This document shows positions 1 to 13,156 of a stretch of 64,000 bases of DNA, piece by piece (the stretch's first letter is position 1; every line of letters starts with the position of its first letter). The DNA is from Escherichia phage vB_EcoM-ZQ3. The stretch lies in sequence record MW630116.1. The stretch is one strand, 5' to 3'. A model generated the notes under the pieces. The model saw only the letters and a list, made by a program, of their open reading frames with translations, did no database searches and had not been told where the DNA came from. The translations under genes were made by a program, and so were the position numbers.

Positions 1-762
1 AATTTTTAACTGAGCTGAAGCACCTTTGTCATAGTCTGCTTTAGATACGATTTCAATTTCGAGCTGGTCGCCAAGTTCACCAGGATAAAGAGCAACTACG
101 CCTGGGACACCATATTTTTTAATAGATTCTTGGAAAGTTAGAGAAGTAATAGCTTCTTCAGAAGTTTCAACTTCAGTTAACAGAATACCCGAATCGGTTA
201 CGATAGAACCAATTGTAATAACACCAGAAAGTCCAGAAGAAGAACTGGCAACTTCGGCGGTCCAATTAGAACCCAATGCCGGATATTCATTAATTTCTTT
301 TGCACGAGCAATAATTTTACCGGTTGGGATGTAAATGTTAAGAATTTTACCATCGACATCAACTGAAGTGACATAACCATCTGCTTCAACAGTTTCGGTC
401 AAATACTTAACGATAATTTTATCACCAACTGCATAGTTACTACCAGTAGCAGAGATTGTGAATTCAATATTGCCTGCTACAGGAGATGAGTTCTTAGCAG
501 TAGCACGATCAACTGCGCGTACAACACGAAGGTCATTACCATATTGAAGGAAGTTCATAGCAGACATGAAATAATCTGCTGTATCCGTATTAGGAGTACC
601 AAACATATCAACTAATGCAACTTCATCAGTGATTTGTTTAATCTGGAATGCCGGTCCCCATTGGAATTTTCCAGCCAGGGCAGCGGTACCAGTGGAGTTA
701 TTAACTACAGTACTCTGTACGGTAGTTTCTTTGAGCTCAACGCCCGGAGAGAGAAGTGCCAT
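1..762 (-). CDS. 18: Tail sheath protein gp18, N-terminal part; ORF runs off the window start
   Basis: Minus-strand ATG at 762..760 after AGGAG-like RBS; translation MALLSPGVELKETTVQSTVVNNSTGTAALAGKFQWGP matches T4 gp18 N-terminus; follows gene 17 as in T4. Confidence 0.88.
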   Translation of the reverse strand, partial: MALLSPGVELKETTVQSTVVNNSTGTAALAGKFQWGPAFQIKQITDEVALVDMFGTPNTDTADYFMSAMNFLQYGNDLRVVRAVDRATAKNSSPVAGNIEFTISATGSNYAVGDKIIVKYLTETVEADGYVTSVDVDGKILNIYIPTGKIIARAKEINEYPALGSNWTAEVASSSSGLSGVITIGSIVTDSGILLTEVETSEEAITSLTFQESIKKYGVPGVVALYPGELGDQLEIEIVSKADYDKGASAQLKI

Positions 763-789
763 TTTAATTCCTCTTAATTTGCTTTATTT

Positions 790-3115
<2,326 letters not shown>

Positions 3116-3937
3116 TTATTGTTTTCTAGGACCAGGAGGGGTTGGTGGAGTCGGGATTGGAATATCATGAGTATAAGTTTGTTCAACTTCACCATTCCAA
3201 TCTTGGGCTTCAACGTCTCTCGGTTTAATTTCTGTATCAACTGATTCAAAAACGCTGGCGGCTGTTTGAAGGTCTCGTTCATTAGCATGAAAATCAAGAT
3301 AAGTCGTTTTAATAAGGCCTTCAGCTGCGCCTACCGGAGGATACATCCATCCATTTACTTCAAATGTTAATGACCACTCTAAACGTCGACGGGATAAATT
3401 ATCACCGTCTATTTGTTCATCCATTGCTGCTGCCATCCATACGACTTTAATATCCCTTTCAAATGGAATATCCTGCCCATATTGCTCAATCATAGTCGTA
3501 TTAAAATGCGGCTGAAAATATGGAATAATTTGCTCAACGATTTGGAACATATCATCTTCATAACGAGTAAAGATGCTCAGTTCAAAAATCATTTTAATTG
3601 GTGATGGGTTGTATTGGTCTACAATATCCTTAGTCGATTTACTCAAAAGAGAGTTATTCAATATATTCGTTTTAAACGTCGGGTTATAAACGAAATCTAC
3701 CATTTGGAGATTTATACGTGGTAGAATAGTTTCGACTTTAGCCACATCTTCTTGTGAGTTTATAGAGGTCCATTTATTAAGTTTCATCATAAAGTGCTCT
3801 TTAGATGCATACGTAATAGGAACTCTAATTAATTTATTGCCTGTAGACAATTGACGGTTAACTTGGATATTTGAAAACAAATCGCCCATCATTGTGATAT
3901 ATCGCCTGAACGACGAGTTGTAAAAATAGCCAAACAT
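3116..3937 (-). CDS. 15: Tail sheath stabilizer / tail completion protein gp15
   Basis: Matches T4 gp15; ATGATG tandem start, second ATG has better SD spacing. Confidence 0.85.
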   Translation of the reverse strand: MFGYFYNSSFRRYITMMGDLFSNIQVNRQLSTGNKLIRVPITYASKEHFMMKLNKWTSINSQEDVAKVETILPRINLQMVDFVYNPTFKTNILNNSLLSKSTKDIVDQYNPSPIKMIFELSIFTRYEDDMFQIVEQIIPYFQPHFNTTMIEQYGQDIPFERDIKVVWMAAAMDEQIDGDNLSRRRLEWSLTFEVNGWMYPPVGAAEGLIKTTYLDFHANERDLQTAASVFESVDTEIKPRDVEAQDWNGEVEQTYTHDIPIPTPPTPPGPRKQ

Positions 3938-3989
3938 CATTTCTCCTAACCGGCCTTTCGACCGGTGTTTGCTTTATCTTATCTATTTA

Positions 3990-4754
3990 TTAATTCATAA
4001 ACCCATCGTCAAACGGTGAATTTTGTCTACCACGGTTGTTAACTACTACGTATGGTTCAACGTATTCACTTGCCTCTGAATTGATTTGCTCAACTTCAGA
4101 ATATTCATCGATATTAATGTCATGGATACCGTCAAGATTTCTAACAGGGTTAAGTTCCAAGTCACTAAATTCAGGTATATTGATACCTTCATTTTTCTGA
4201 AGCACCGGATTGATTTCTTCACCAGAGTAAATAAACTTGCCTGCAGTAATTTTACGAATTGCATTTTTACCTACTTGATAGAATGGGTCATATGGTTCAA
4301 CCCAGTTAATCTCAAACAAACTGTTGTCCATTGGGAAGTATATTAAATCACCTTCCTTAGGCTCCTGATTGTTGACCTGGTGTTTGAAAAGACCTGGGTT
4401 AATAGATAATGTAACTTCGTCTTGAACTTGCATTCCGAAGTTGCTGAAGAACGATTTCGCTCCTTCATAACCTTCAAATGAGTTCAGATATGCTGCAAAT
4501 TTCCATGCTTTAGTAAATTTATTTTTAAGGTCCTCGCCAAAGATAAGGTCCACAGCAACATATTCACGTGGAACATAAAAACATTCAATACCACGCATCT
4601 GTATGCTTTCTGCCACTAGAACATCGGCTAATGTCTGGCTATTCTCATAGTTATTAAAATTGACAAATGGATTGAGGATTTCAGTCTCATTTGTCTGAGA
4701 ATACCCACCACGATTTTCCAGCTTGGCGAAAAGATTTTTATCATAAGTAGCCAT
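3990..4754 (-). CDS. 14: Neck protein gp14
   Basis: 254 aa; T4 gp14-like sequence and synteny. Confidence 0.85.
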   Translation of the reverse strand: MATYDKNLFAKLENRGGYSQTNETEILNPFVNFNNYENSQTLADVLVAESIQMRGIECFYVPREYVAVDLIFGEDLKNKFTKAWKFAAYLNSFEGYEGAKSFFSNFGMQVQDEVTLSINPGLFKHQVNNQEPKEGDLIYFPMDNSLFEINWVEPYDPFYQVGKNAIRKITAGKFIYSGEEINPVLQKNEGINIPEFSDLELNPVRNLDGIHDINIDEYSEVEQINSEASEYVEPYVVVNNRGRQNSPFDDGFMN

Positions 4755-4755
4755 A

Positions 4756-5682
4756 TTAACCTACCAAAATACCTGCAGGAGGGTCCAGTAAATATAACTC
4801 TTCTCGTAAAGCTTCTTTCTCTAAACGAGCTTCTTCAATTAATCGAACACCATCAACAGTGACGCCACCAGGTAACATCATACCTTGATGTTTAGCAAGA
4901 ATTTGTCCATTAAGCTCTTTAGCTAATGCAGTTGCATAATCTTTAACCCAGCGGTTGTTATATGCGCCTTGTTTAGTTGCAGGATCTTCACCAACTCGGC
5001 GTCCGACCAAATTATGGTCTGGATTATCATAACGTTCAGAAATAGACCATGAATCACGAGGACCTACCTGTCCGTACCCTACTGTATTTCCTACCATCTT
5101 ATGGGTCTCGATATAAGAGCGAACATACGATTCAACGATAATGACATCTTTCTGTCTAAAGTTACCCATTACTTTTAATTGCTCGTTTGCAGAGTTAAAC
5201 CAAAAATCTGGAAGAGGAGCAATCATATCTTGAAGCATACCCATATAAGATACTAATTGAGAATAATACCCGAGATCAGCGCCAAAAGCGTTCGGGCCGT
5301 AGAATTTACCGCAATTACTACCCATACCACCTGAAACACCTGCCATTCCTAAAAGGAAATCAGTGAACCATGGATAAGTTGCATTACCATCCATTGAAGT
5401 AATAGAGCCAACGTTTGTTCTTATAATTCTTGTTACAGCAAATACGTTAGAACCACGCATATCAAATACGCCGTGACGGTATTTTTCTTCGTCATCAACA
5501 AAAAATACGTGGAAACCTTTATTCAACCCGTCAAAATGGTATTCGCCATAAAGTTCTAACGCTCGTGAAATACAATCATAAATTTGATCTGTAGTTAATT
5601 CAACATTTACAATAGGAGCGCCTAAACGACGTAATATTACGTCCTTTAATTCTTTAGGGTTTTGTGCATTATAACCTGACAT
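4756..5682 (-). CDS. 13: Neck protein gp13
   Basis: 308 aa; T4 gp13-like sequence and synteny. Confidence 0.85.
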   Translation of the reverse strand: MSGYNAQNPKELKDVILRRLGAPIVNVELTTDQIYDCISRALELYGEYHFDGLNKGFHVFFVDDEEKYRHGVFDMRGSNVFAVTRIIRTNVGSITSMDGNATYPWFTDFLLGMAGVSGGMGSNCGKFYGPNAFGADLGYYSQLVSYMGMLQDMIAPLPDFWFNSANEQLKVMGNFRQKDVIIVESYVRSYIETHKMVGNTVGYGQVGPRDSWSISERYDNPDHNLVGRRVGEDPATKQGAYNNRWVKDYATALAKELNGQILAKHQGMMLPGGVTVDGVRLIEEARLEKEALREELYLLDPPAGILVG

Positions 5683-5694
5683 ATAAATCCTTTA

Positions 5695-5708
5695 GGGCCC
5701 GAAGGCCC
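5695..5708 (-). other. Intergenic hairpin GGGCC-UUCG-GGCCC between wac and gene 13
   Basis: Perfect 5-bp stem with UUCG tetraloop on the transcribed strand; no strong U-tract, so RNA stability or processing element rather than a clear terminator. Confidence 0.4.
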
Positions 5709-5714
5709 TTTTCA

Positions 5715-7163
5715 TTAAGCTGTAGGAAGTTCAACCCATGCACCGTCTTTGCGAACATAGAATTTACCGTCTGAAGGAGCATCTTCAATATATCCAGCTT
5801 CCTTAAGAGTTTGGATTTCAGCTTCTGCGGCGGCCAAATCAGTTTCAAGAGTAGCAATTCTAGAAGTTAAACCATTAATTGTCGTATCGTGACTTTTAAC
5901 TGTAGGCAATATACCACGTTCTTCAACAGTCGAACCATTTGGGTTGGTGCCGTTTATAAGAGTATTTAATGTGTTTACAGAACCCTTAATCCCTGTGGTA
6001 TTAGTCCCAACATCAGTTTGAATGTTCTGAATGTCATTACTCATCTCACCGATAGATCCTTCAAGCGCTCGAGTACGATAAAGCAAAGAGCCGGCTGGTT
6101 CCGGTTTCCCACCTGAAGCGTCAACACCAACTACGTTATTTAACCATGACACATTAAAACGCAATCCTGACGAAGAATCAGAGCCGACAACAGTGTTCAA
6201 TGCTCCGATAGCATCAGTATTGAGTTTAATACGTCCTTGGATTGTAGTAGGCAAATCATCGGTGCCAATGGCAGTTTCTACTGTAGTCAAACGAGGTTTA
6301 ATACCACCTGATTGATTGAGCTCAAGATTAATGTCGTTTATTGCTGAACTATTCGCATTAGTTGTAGTAATAATAGAAGTCGTATTAGGATACCCAATAG
6401 ACTGTTTAATGCCATCTAAGTCAGCATTTTGACGCGACAAAGTTAAATCAATACCGGAAAGACGACTAAATACTGGAGTAGTGAAAGAAGTGCGAGGTCC
6501 CATTTCTTCGCGTAAGTGTTCGACTTCATTAGTTAAAGAGCCGACGTCAGAATCAGCAAATTTAGTTTCTAGATCAGTTAATCGAACACCGTGGTCAACA
6601 ATCACGGAGCTATTAGTCATAATACGGCGTTTCATACCAGTGCTATCATTTCCTGGAGTAGGAACCCCATTAATATCTTGACCAGTATATTGTCCTAATT
6701 CATTTTTAATCCAAAGCAGGTCGTTACGAACGGTTCTATAAACTGAATCTGTTTCCTGATTATAAACACCAATATCATCAGTATTCGCATCAATATGTTC
6801 ATTCAAATCATTCAATTCACTAGCATGGGTTTGAACTGTGACTTTAATGACATCAATATCTTGGGTGTTCTGACCAATCTGTGCAAGTGCTTCGACGTCC
6901 CCGGAAACATCTAAAATACCTTGAATAACTTTTATATCTTCATTGGCTGTATTCAAAGAAGATGCTATAGTTTTAATATTAGTATCTAACGCTTCTACGT
7001 TACGTTGAACTTCAACAATAGGACGGTTCATTACACCTTCAGAACCGTATTTTGTATCAGCACCGGTAATTTCTTCGTCGTTTTTAATCCATTCAATACG
7101 ACTCTGACCCGCGTCTGGCGGGCCGTCAACATATGGTAAATCTACCAGAGTTATATCAGCCAT
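5715..7163 (-). CDS. wac: Fibritin (whisker protein, wac)
   Basis: 482 aa coiled-coil protein; conserved N-terminus and C-terminal foldon-like GYIEDAPSDGKFYVRKDGAWVEL. Confidence 0.88.
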   Translation of the reverse strand: MADITLVDLPYVDGPPDAGQSRIEWIKNDEEITGADTKYGSEGVMNRPIVEVQRNVEALDTNIKTIASSLNTANEDIKVIQGILDVSGDVEALAQIGQNTQDIDVIKVTVQTHASELNDLNEHIDANTDDIGVYNQETDSVYRTVRNDLLWIKNELGQYTGQDINGVPTPGNDSTGMKRRIMTNSSVIVDHGVRLTDLETKFADSDVGSLTNEVEHLREEMGPRTSFTTPVFSRLSGIDLTLSRQNADLDGIKQSIGYPNTTSIITTTNANSSAINDINLELNQSGGIKPRLTTVETAIGTDDLPTTIQGRIKLNTDAIGALNTVVGSDSSSGLRFNVSWLNNVVGVDASGGKPEPAGSLLYRTRALEGSIGEMSNDIQNIQTDVGTNTTGIKGSVNTLNTLINGTNPNGSTVEERGILPTVKSHDTTINGLTSRIATLETDLAAAEAEIQTLKEAGYIEDAPSDGKFYVRKDGAWVELPTA

Positions 7164-8746
7164 TATTTTACCTTAATAATATAGTTTAAAGAAATATTCC
7201 ATGGACGAGTTTCATTTCCAATTAATTCTGGACGATTCATGGTATATTTAGAGTTACGCTGAGACGCTGGATCAATTTCATATCCTTCGTTAGTAAAATA
7301 TGAACGGTTATCCCAGTCAAGTCCTTTACGAGTACCAACAAAGTTTGAACGACGAGTATTACCAAATGCACCGGAATCATTGTGTTCGCCAAAACCACCA
7401 GCATGTTTATGATATGACATCTGTTGTTTTTGCACTTCACCGACATATCCACCAGTACAACCAACTCCTAAACGAGGTTTACCAAATTGGTCATTACCAT
7501 TAACATTAGGGTTAGTTAAATGTGTACCACGACCTGAGCCGCGAACAAATAATCCACGCATATCAGGCAAGCCCGGGTTAGAAGAGCTACCACCATATCG
7601 TGTCCCAATTCTGGAAGCATATACCGGACATTCTGAAGCAGAAACGGTCCCACCGTGACAGAAGCGCCAGTCAGAACTCGGTAAACTATCTGCAGCCCAC
7701 ATTGTAATAGAGCCAACAGGAAGAATTCGGTCTAATTCATTTTGAGTCACAATACGATTGCCTTGAATATAACCACCAGTCATATTGACATTACCAGTTA
7801 TATTAGCTCCACCAGAACCAACCGTCAACGTATTATTAATGCGAAGCGTGCCGTTAATAGTTTGTCCACCTCGTTGGTGGATAACATCAGCATTCCAAGC
7901 AAGGGCAGAAGAACCATCACCACCTGATTGGCTACCAGCTTGTGTAGTTAAACGAACAACTCCACGTAAAGAAGTTGTAGCCCCACGCCCGTTTAATGTT
8001 GCGCCTGTCACTACAGCTGAAGAGTTGTTACTATTTACTTCAGTCTGTGTCCCTAGTTTAACGACGCCTTTATTAGTTTCTGATGCTACTGAATTCATAA
8101 AGGTATAAGGTGAAATTGCATAGCCTTCACGCAGGGTGCCTTGTTGTGCTTGAGCAACTGTAGCCAAACGAACAACACCTGTAATAGATTCGGTGGCGTC
8201 ACTATTATTTGGAGCAATTTGTGAAATAAGTTTAATTGCTAATTGTTGCGTTTTTAACGGAGTCATTGCCGTTGTATCGTCAGAACCAGCTAATGCCGCA
8301 GCAGAAGTTGAAATTTTAATTACACCATTTGTTGCTTCTGTTGACACTTTTGTCTGAAATACATTGTCTATTTTTTGATTCAATTTAAGCGGAGTAATTG
8401 ATGCATCGTCAATAGCTCCGGTTACTGCTTCATCTTCAGTAGCATAACGAGTTAAACCATATTGTGTTTCGGTTGCATTAGGATATTGTAGACGAGCATT
8501 CAGTGTTGCCGGAGTAACAGCTTTACTATTATCTAATCCATCAATAACTTCTTGTGGAGTAGCTATTTGAATAATTCCTGGTGTAGTAGTTGTTGCTTCC
8601 GGTACGCCATTAACACCTGAAGGAGAAATAGCAGCTAATGCGGCTTGGACATTAGTGACTGTATCTGGAAAATTCGACCCCGTAGGGTCGAATTCAACGT
8701 AAACGGATTCGTTTGAAACGTGTTGGTATGTATTGTTATTACTCAT
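7163..8746 (-). CDS. 12: Short tail fibre protein gp12
   Basis: 527 aa; T4 gp12-like including the conserved C-terminal receptor-binding region. Confidence 0.9.
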   Translation of the reverse strand: MSNNNTYQHVSNESVYVEFDPTGSNFPDTVTNVQAALAAISPSGVNGVPEATTTTPGIIQIATPQEVIDGLDNSKAVTPATLNARLQYPNATETQYGLTRYATEDEAVTGAIDDASITPLKLNQKIDNVFQTKVSTEATNGVIKISTSAAALAGSDDTTAMTPLKTQQLAIKLISQIAPNNSDATESITGVVRLATVAQAQQGTLREGYAISPYTFMNSVASETNKGVVKLGTQTEVNSNNSSAVVTGATLNGRGATTSLRGVVRLTTQAGSQSGGDGSSALAWNADVIHQRGGQTINGTLRINNTLTVGSGGANITGNVNMTGGYIQGNRIVTQNELDRILPVGSITMWAADSLPSSDWRFCHGGTVSASECPVYASRIGTRYGGSSSNPGLPDMRGLFVRGSGRGTHLTNPNVNGNDQFGKPRLGVGCTGGYVGEVQKQQMSYHKHAGGFGEHNDSGAFGNTRRSNFVGTRKGLDWDNRSYFTNEGYEIDPASQRNSKYTMNRPELIGNETRPWNISLNYIIKVK

Positions 8747-9402
8747 GAGGCTCTCACAAAGTGGTAGAAAACGGTAGGAGTATCATGGTTATCAAGAGTA
8801 ACCGTTTGGGCACCCAATAAATTCCATGTTCCGTATCCGGATTTTGCTTCAGACAAAATTTCTTGCGAAATTGTTACACCAAACGAAGCATATGTTGGCA
8901 ACACATGACGTTGGTTATCTAAATATGTCACCTGAAGTTTATTACCTTCAGACGGATGGTCTTTATAAGAAGAAATAGCGATTTGATTAGCAATGGCTTC
9001 TTGTAAAGCTATACGAACTTGTGCCGTTAATTCGTTATCAGTCATACCGATTGTTGCTTTAACAGCAAGTCCAAATACGTTAATAACGACTGGCGTTCCA
9101 GTGTCCAAAGTATCGTCGAGAACATCACCAGAAAAAGTCCAATAATCAACTTGTGCTGTACCTTCAGGCGATATGCCTGAAGTGTTTGTGACAACAGTAC
9201 CAATATCGGCTCGTGCCATATTATGGACATCATTTATTGCAGATTCTACGTTAGCATCATAAAAACCGCGAGCTAACTGAGAAATAGTTACGGAACCTAC
9301 AGCTTGGTTGTTTAAAACATCAATTTGAGCTGGGTTTTTTCTGTAATTCAAAAAATCAGCATGACGGGAAATAACTCCCGCCTTTGTATTAAGTACAGTC
9401 AT
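8743..9402 (-). CDS. 11: Baseplate wedge protein gp11
   Basis: T4 gp11-like; start placed at the ATG giving [12 protein letters not shown] (TAATG overlap with gene 10 stop); track ORF extends upstream to a non-ATG codon. Confidence 0.82.
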   Translation of the reverse strand: MTVLNTKAGVISRHADFLNYRKNPAQIDVLNNQAVGSVTISQLARGFYDANVESAINDVHNMARADIGTVVTNTSGISPEGTAQVDYWTFSGDVLDDTLDTGTPVVINVFGLAVKATIGMTDNELTAQVRIALQEAIANQIAISSYKDHPSEGNKLQVTYLDNQRHVLPTYASFGVTISQEILSEAKSGYGTWNLLGAQTVTLDNHDTPTVFYHFVRAS

Positions 9403-11207
9403 TATGCAATCCTTACCCAACGGTATACAGTTATAGATGGCTGAATATTAGTTATAGAACGCGCTGGAACATGAGATCCATTAGTCTTTGCATAGTCTTC
9501 ACGATATTTAGTGTAAATAGGACCTTCTTCATCTGGGTCATATTGGCAACCGCCTATAATTACTGTACCATTATCATCAGAAATAAGAACCTTTTCGTCG
9601 GTTTGTGTAGCTGGTAAATCAGCATTTTCTAATGTGATGGTTGTTACACCAACGGTACCACCTGCGGTATGAGTAGGGTTACCATTGACGTCAAGGTCAT
9701 TATTATTTAATGCAAAATTAGGATCCGACGCGTCGTCATTCCAACCTGCTAATACTTTGCCTTGTCCCCAAATTTTCCACGAACCAAAACCTAAATAAGT
9801 TGCCGGATTATTAGGGTTAACCGCATTTTCGTAAATAGTCCCAACAGGATAAATTGTATCAAATATTGCTGAGATAGTCGAGAATTCACGTTCATACTTA
9901 GGAACAGGTTCTACATTAGGCCATCCAATTTTATCGAAATCGGTTAATGCAACGTCACCAGTAATTTCAACGTTAGACCCTTGAGAAACATATTTCTCAT
10001 CAGCGACATCAAGGATTTCTTCCATTTCAAGAAGAGTTCCTAAATCGTTATTAAACCATGTGATGGTAATAATGTCTTGGTCTTCAAATTGACGGTCAAA
10101 CAGAATTGCGCTAGGGATATTATCAGTATATTCAATCGCATAATCTGTGTACGATTGAGTCCATGTCCCACCGAGATTAGCGCATGACTCTTCAGAATCG
10201 GCATCCACACCTTCGCAACGGAAAATAGGAGTTCCAACAGTACCAGCTAATTCTTGGAGAATACCGTTGAAGCGAACTTCTAACGAATTAGGGTTAGGTG
10301 GTTCCGTAGGATTAATACCAAATGCTGTAAATGGAATAGACCGGAACGTACTCAAATCAGTGACGTAAATACTTCCATCAATAGACTTTTTAGCAGTCAA
10401 TTTACTATCTAAAATGCGAACTTGGCGACGAGTATATGAACTACGCCACTGAGAAACACCATCTAGGAATGTCTCAATTTGTACAGTGTCCCCAACATTA
10501 CATGGTTGGCGTAATCTAATATTAAATCCATCAAGTGCAACCAGTTCACCAGGATTAGCGCCTGGAGAACCAAAATCACTATTATCACTGAATACATCAC
10601 CATAATACAATTCGTTGCCACGATGTTTTACACGAATGTTGTTAACGTTATAAGAAGTCCCGTTAAAAACATCCATGAAATCGGTCTGACCTTGTGTTTC
10701 AACCAGATATTCTCTACGAGCAACATTACTAATGTCAGAGCTAACTATTTTATCAATTTGTTTGTTCTTGATGTATTCCCAACGTCCAGGAGCACAATAA
10801 ACTAATTCTAAATCAGAGAACTGAACGTTAATTTCTACCGGAGATGAAGAACCTTTAATAGTGTCTCCGTTTGCCGGAATTAAAGTAACAGGGTTAATGT
10901 TCCAAGTTGCAAATACGTCACGAGCACGAATAACTTTATTATAGTCTGCAATTGTCCCTTTAGGAAGATTTACCGAAACTCGTCCAGAAGTAGTATTAAT
11001 TGCATAAGATTTACCCCAAGCGGCATTAAGATTAAGACCATCAGCCGCATCATAAGTCTTCCATGCGCCAGCGGAATAAGGAACTTCACCATCACCTAAT
11101 TCATAATAGATTTCGTCAAAGTTCTCATTTATTTTTTCACCACCTCGACGAAGGTAATCGCCTTGTCCGTCATCAACGACGTTACCAATTTTAATATTTT
11201 GTTTCAT
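9402..11207 (-). CDS. 10: Baseplate wedge protein gp10
   Basis: 601 aa; near-identical to T4 gp10. Confidence 0.9.
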   Translation of the reverse strand: MKQNIKIGNVVDDGQGDYLRRGGEKINENFDEIYYELGDGEVPYSAGAWKTYDAADGLNLNAAWGKSYAINTTSGRVSVNLPKGTIADYNKVIRARDVFATWNINPVTLIPANGDTIKGSSSPVEINVQFSDLELVYCAPGRWEYIKNKQIDKIVSSDISNVARREYLVETQGQTDFMDVFNGTSYNVNNIRVKHRGNELYYGDVFSDNSDFGSPGANPGELVALDGFNIRLRQPCNVGDTVQIETFLDGVSQWRSSYTRRQVRILDSKLTAKKSIDGSIYVTDLSTFRSIPFTAFGINPTEPPNPNSLEVRFNGILQELAGTVGTPIFRCEGVDADSEESCANLGGTWTQSYTDYAIEYTDNIPSAILFDRQFEDQDIITITWFNNDLGTLLEMEEILDVADEKYVSQGSNVEITGDVALTDFDKIGWPNVEPVPKYEREFSTISAIFDTIYPVGTIYENAVNPNNPATYLGFGSWKIWGQGKVLAGWNDDASDPNFALNNNDLDVNGNPTHTAGGTVGVTTITLENADLPATQTDEKVLISDDNGTVIIGGCQYDPDEEGPIYTKYREDYAKTNGSHVPARSITNIQPSITVYRWVRIA

Positions 11208-12079
11208 TATTGAGCGACCCCAATTTTCTGAGTTGAGATAATTTTAACTGCTGAACGTAATCCAATAATATCAGATGTAATCGTCATAGTAGCAAAGTTG
11301 TTAATAATACTAAAGCTAATATTAGCAATCTCGTCGGTTTCATCTACATTACCAACTCGCATTACTGCAAATTCGGTAGAAAGAACTTCTGAGTTAATTG
11401 TATCTATTAGAATATTTATTTCGCATGTTTTTATTTTTCTACCGTCGGCGGATTGGCATGTAACAAGCAATTTAGCCATGTTATAATCCGTGCGATAAAA
11501 CAGAGGAATAGAAACTGTGTTTCCTGTAAGACTCCAAGTCCCATCGACAGGAGATTCTTTCTGCCCAAACATGCTATCAGTAGAATAATTCCATACTGAA
11601 GTTGGCCCATTAAGTTCAATACAACGAAGAACAACATGGGTATAAGGGGTGGAAATAACAAGATTATTAAGAACGCCTTTAATTGAACCATCGGTTACTT
11701 GGATACTTAAAGGATTGTTAACAGAAATAGACCCATTAGAGTTTATGAATTCTACAGAGTCACCTAATTCAGGACGGTCAATAATAACAATCACACCACC
11801 ATCAGAAGCATCAATATCATGCATGGTGCCTGGTTTAATAGGAGTTTGATAATCGACAGCCTTTCCTTTTTGATAATAGCCTGTGGCATGAATAGTTTGA
11901 CCTGTAGGTCCGGTTCCATCTGCTACAGCCATTTTACGTTGATCGCCAAATGCATTGTAAATAGCGTTGATATCGTCATTTATTTTATTACCACCGTCGA
12001 ATAAGATATCACCTGTTGAGGCATTACCAATTTCGCCGGTATCGATTAATTGTTTAGGAGTTTGCTTAAAAAATGCCAT
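11207..12079 (-). CDS. 9: Baseplate wedge protein gp9 (long tail fibre attachment)
   Basis: 290 aa; T4 gp9-like; synteny. Confidence 0.85.
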   Translation of the reverse strand: MAFFKQTPKQLIDTGEIGNASTGDILFDGGNKINDDINAIYNAFGDQRKMAVADGTGPTGQTIHATGYYQKGKAVDYQTPIKPGTMHDIDASDGGVIVIIDRPELGDSVEFINSNGSISVNNPLSIQVTDGSIKGVLNNLVISTPYTHVVLRCIELNGPTSVWNYSTDSMFGQKESPVDGTWSLTGNTVSIPLFYRTDYNMAKLLVTCQSADGRKIKTCEINILIDTINSEVLSTEFAVMRVGNVDETDEIANISFSIINNFATMTITSDIIGLRSAVKIISTQKIGVAQ

Positions 12080-12111
12080 AATTCTGCCTTTTGTTGTCCG
12101 ATATTATATTC

Positions 12112-12119
12112 TATTTATA
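12112..12119 (-). promoter_or_regulatory. Late promoter TATAAATA for gene 9
   Basis: Plus strand tatttata, about 33 nt upstream of the gp9 ATG on the minus strand. Confidence 0.55.
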
Positions 12120-12130
12120 GATACAAAAAT

Positions 12131-12148
12131 GGGAGCCCGAAGGCTCCC
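12131..12148 (-). terminator. Rho-independent terminator after gene 8 (GGGAGCC-UUCG-GGCUCCC then U-rich tract)
   Basis: Perfect 7-bp stem with UUCG tetraloop, followed on the minus strand by AUUUUUGU. Confidence 0.6.
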
Positions 12149-12151
12149 TAA

Positions 12152-13156
12152 TTAAAACATAAACAAAATGTTAATTTCTTCTGTTTGGTCCATTGCCATA
12201 ATAACAGGTGGTCGGTTTTCCATATAAATCATTTCACCGGAATGACGCTGCAGATCTCTAGGGTCGTAATAATCCTTTTCTGCTTTAACATTAGGGTCAT
12301 TTGGATTTTTCTTAGCTTCTAACGGGTTTGTGATAATTGATATCTGTCTAAAACCCTTGTTACCAGGCAAAGCTGCCTCAGGGAAATAAACAGAATCAAA
12401 ATATGCTTTAAACCGCATCGTATTAGCTTTAACACGGTAAATCAAGCCGTAGTCATCTTGTTGCCAAGTTAAGTTATTTTCATATCCCCAACGGGCGGGG
12501 TCTTCTTTAATTTCTTCCGGCCATGGAACTACAAGATATTCGTTAGTGCAACGGTTAATTGACACATCGGCAGGAATCTCATAAAGATACTCCCAAATAT
12601 ATCCATCACCGGTTTCGATAACCCCATTAGCATCGCCTCTGCCTTCAGGAGGAGACATAGAACGAACAGACGGAGTCCATTTACCACCTAATTTAAGACA
12701 TTCATCTTTATTATCTAAAGATTCTATTGAACAGAGCCCTACATCAGGGACATCTAAACAACGGTAAATTAACCAACCAGCTCCAACTTCTGTCGCGTTG
12801 TACGGAGCAGTATTACATGCGACTATATCGTTAATTCTAAACGTGTAAGGGTCTGGATATCGCACATCTCCCCAATCACGTCTAGGAATAACAGAATCTA
12901 ACATTGAAGGTAAAACTTTAACTGTACCCATCATATGGGTCCACATATCAGTAACACCAAGAACAGAATCTGTAGGATAAGGCGGGGCGAAGCCCACCTC
13001 ATTTTCATTTGACGCCCAAGGCTCTGAACGTCCAAACGTAATATAAATGGAGTTCTTATCATCTCCATCCCCAACTGAATTATAAAAATTCAGCATTTTC
13101 TCTGTTCTAAATTTTGATGTAACTATTGCACGATAGATAACACTTGAATCATTCAT
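12152..13156 (-). CDS. 8: Baseplate wedge protein gp8
   Basis: 334 aa; T4 gp8-like; synteny. Confidence 0.85.
   Translation of the reverse strand: MNDSSVIYRAIVTSKFRTEKMLNFYNSVGDGDDKNSIYITFGRSEPWASNENEVGFAPPYPTDSVLGVTDMWTHMMGTVKVLPSMLDSVIPRRDWGDVRYPDPYTFRINDIVACNTAPYNATEVGAGWLIYRCLDVPDVGLCSIESLDNKDECLKLGGKWTPSVRSMSPPEGRGDANGVIETGDGYIWEYLYEIPADVSINRCTNEYLVVPWPEEIKEDPARWGYENNLTWQQDDYGLIYRVKANTMRFKAYFDSVYFPEAALPGNKGFRQISIITNPLEAKKNPNDPNVKAEKDYYDPRDLQRHSGEMIYMENRPPVIMAMDQTEEINILFMF

Noticed and set aside
7785-8108. Plus-strand 107-aa ORF inside gene 12 (and similar short plus-strand ORFs at 10623, 14857, 20066)
   Set aside because: Embedded antisense within well-conserved structural genes; no start context.
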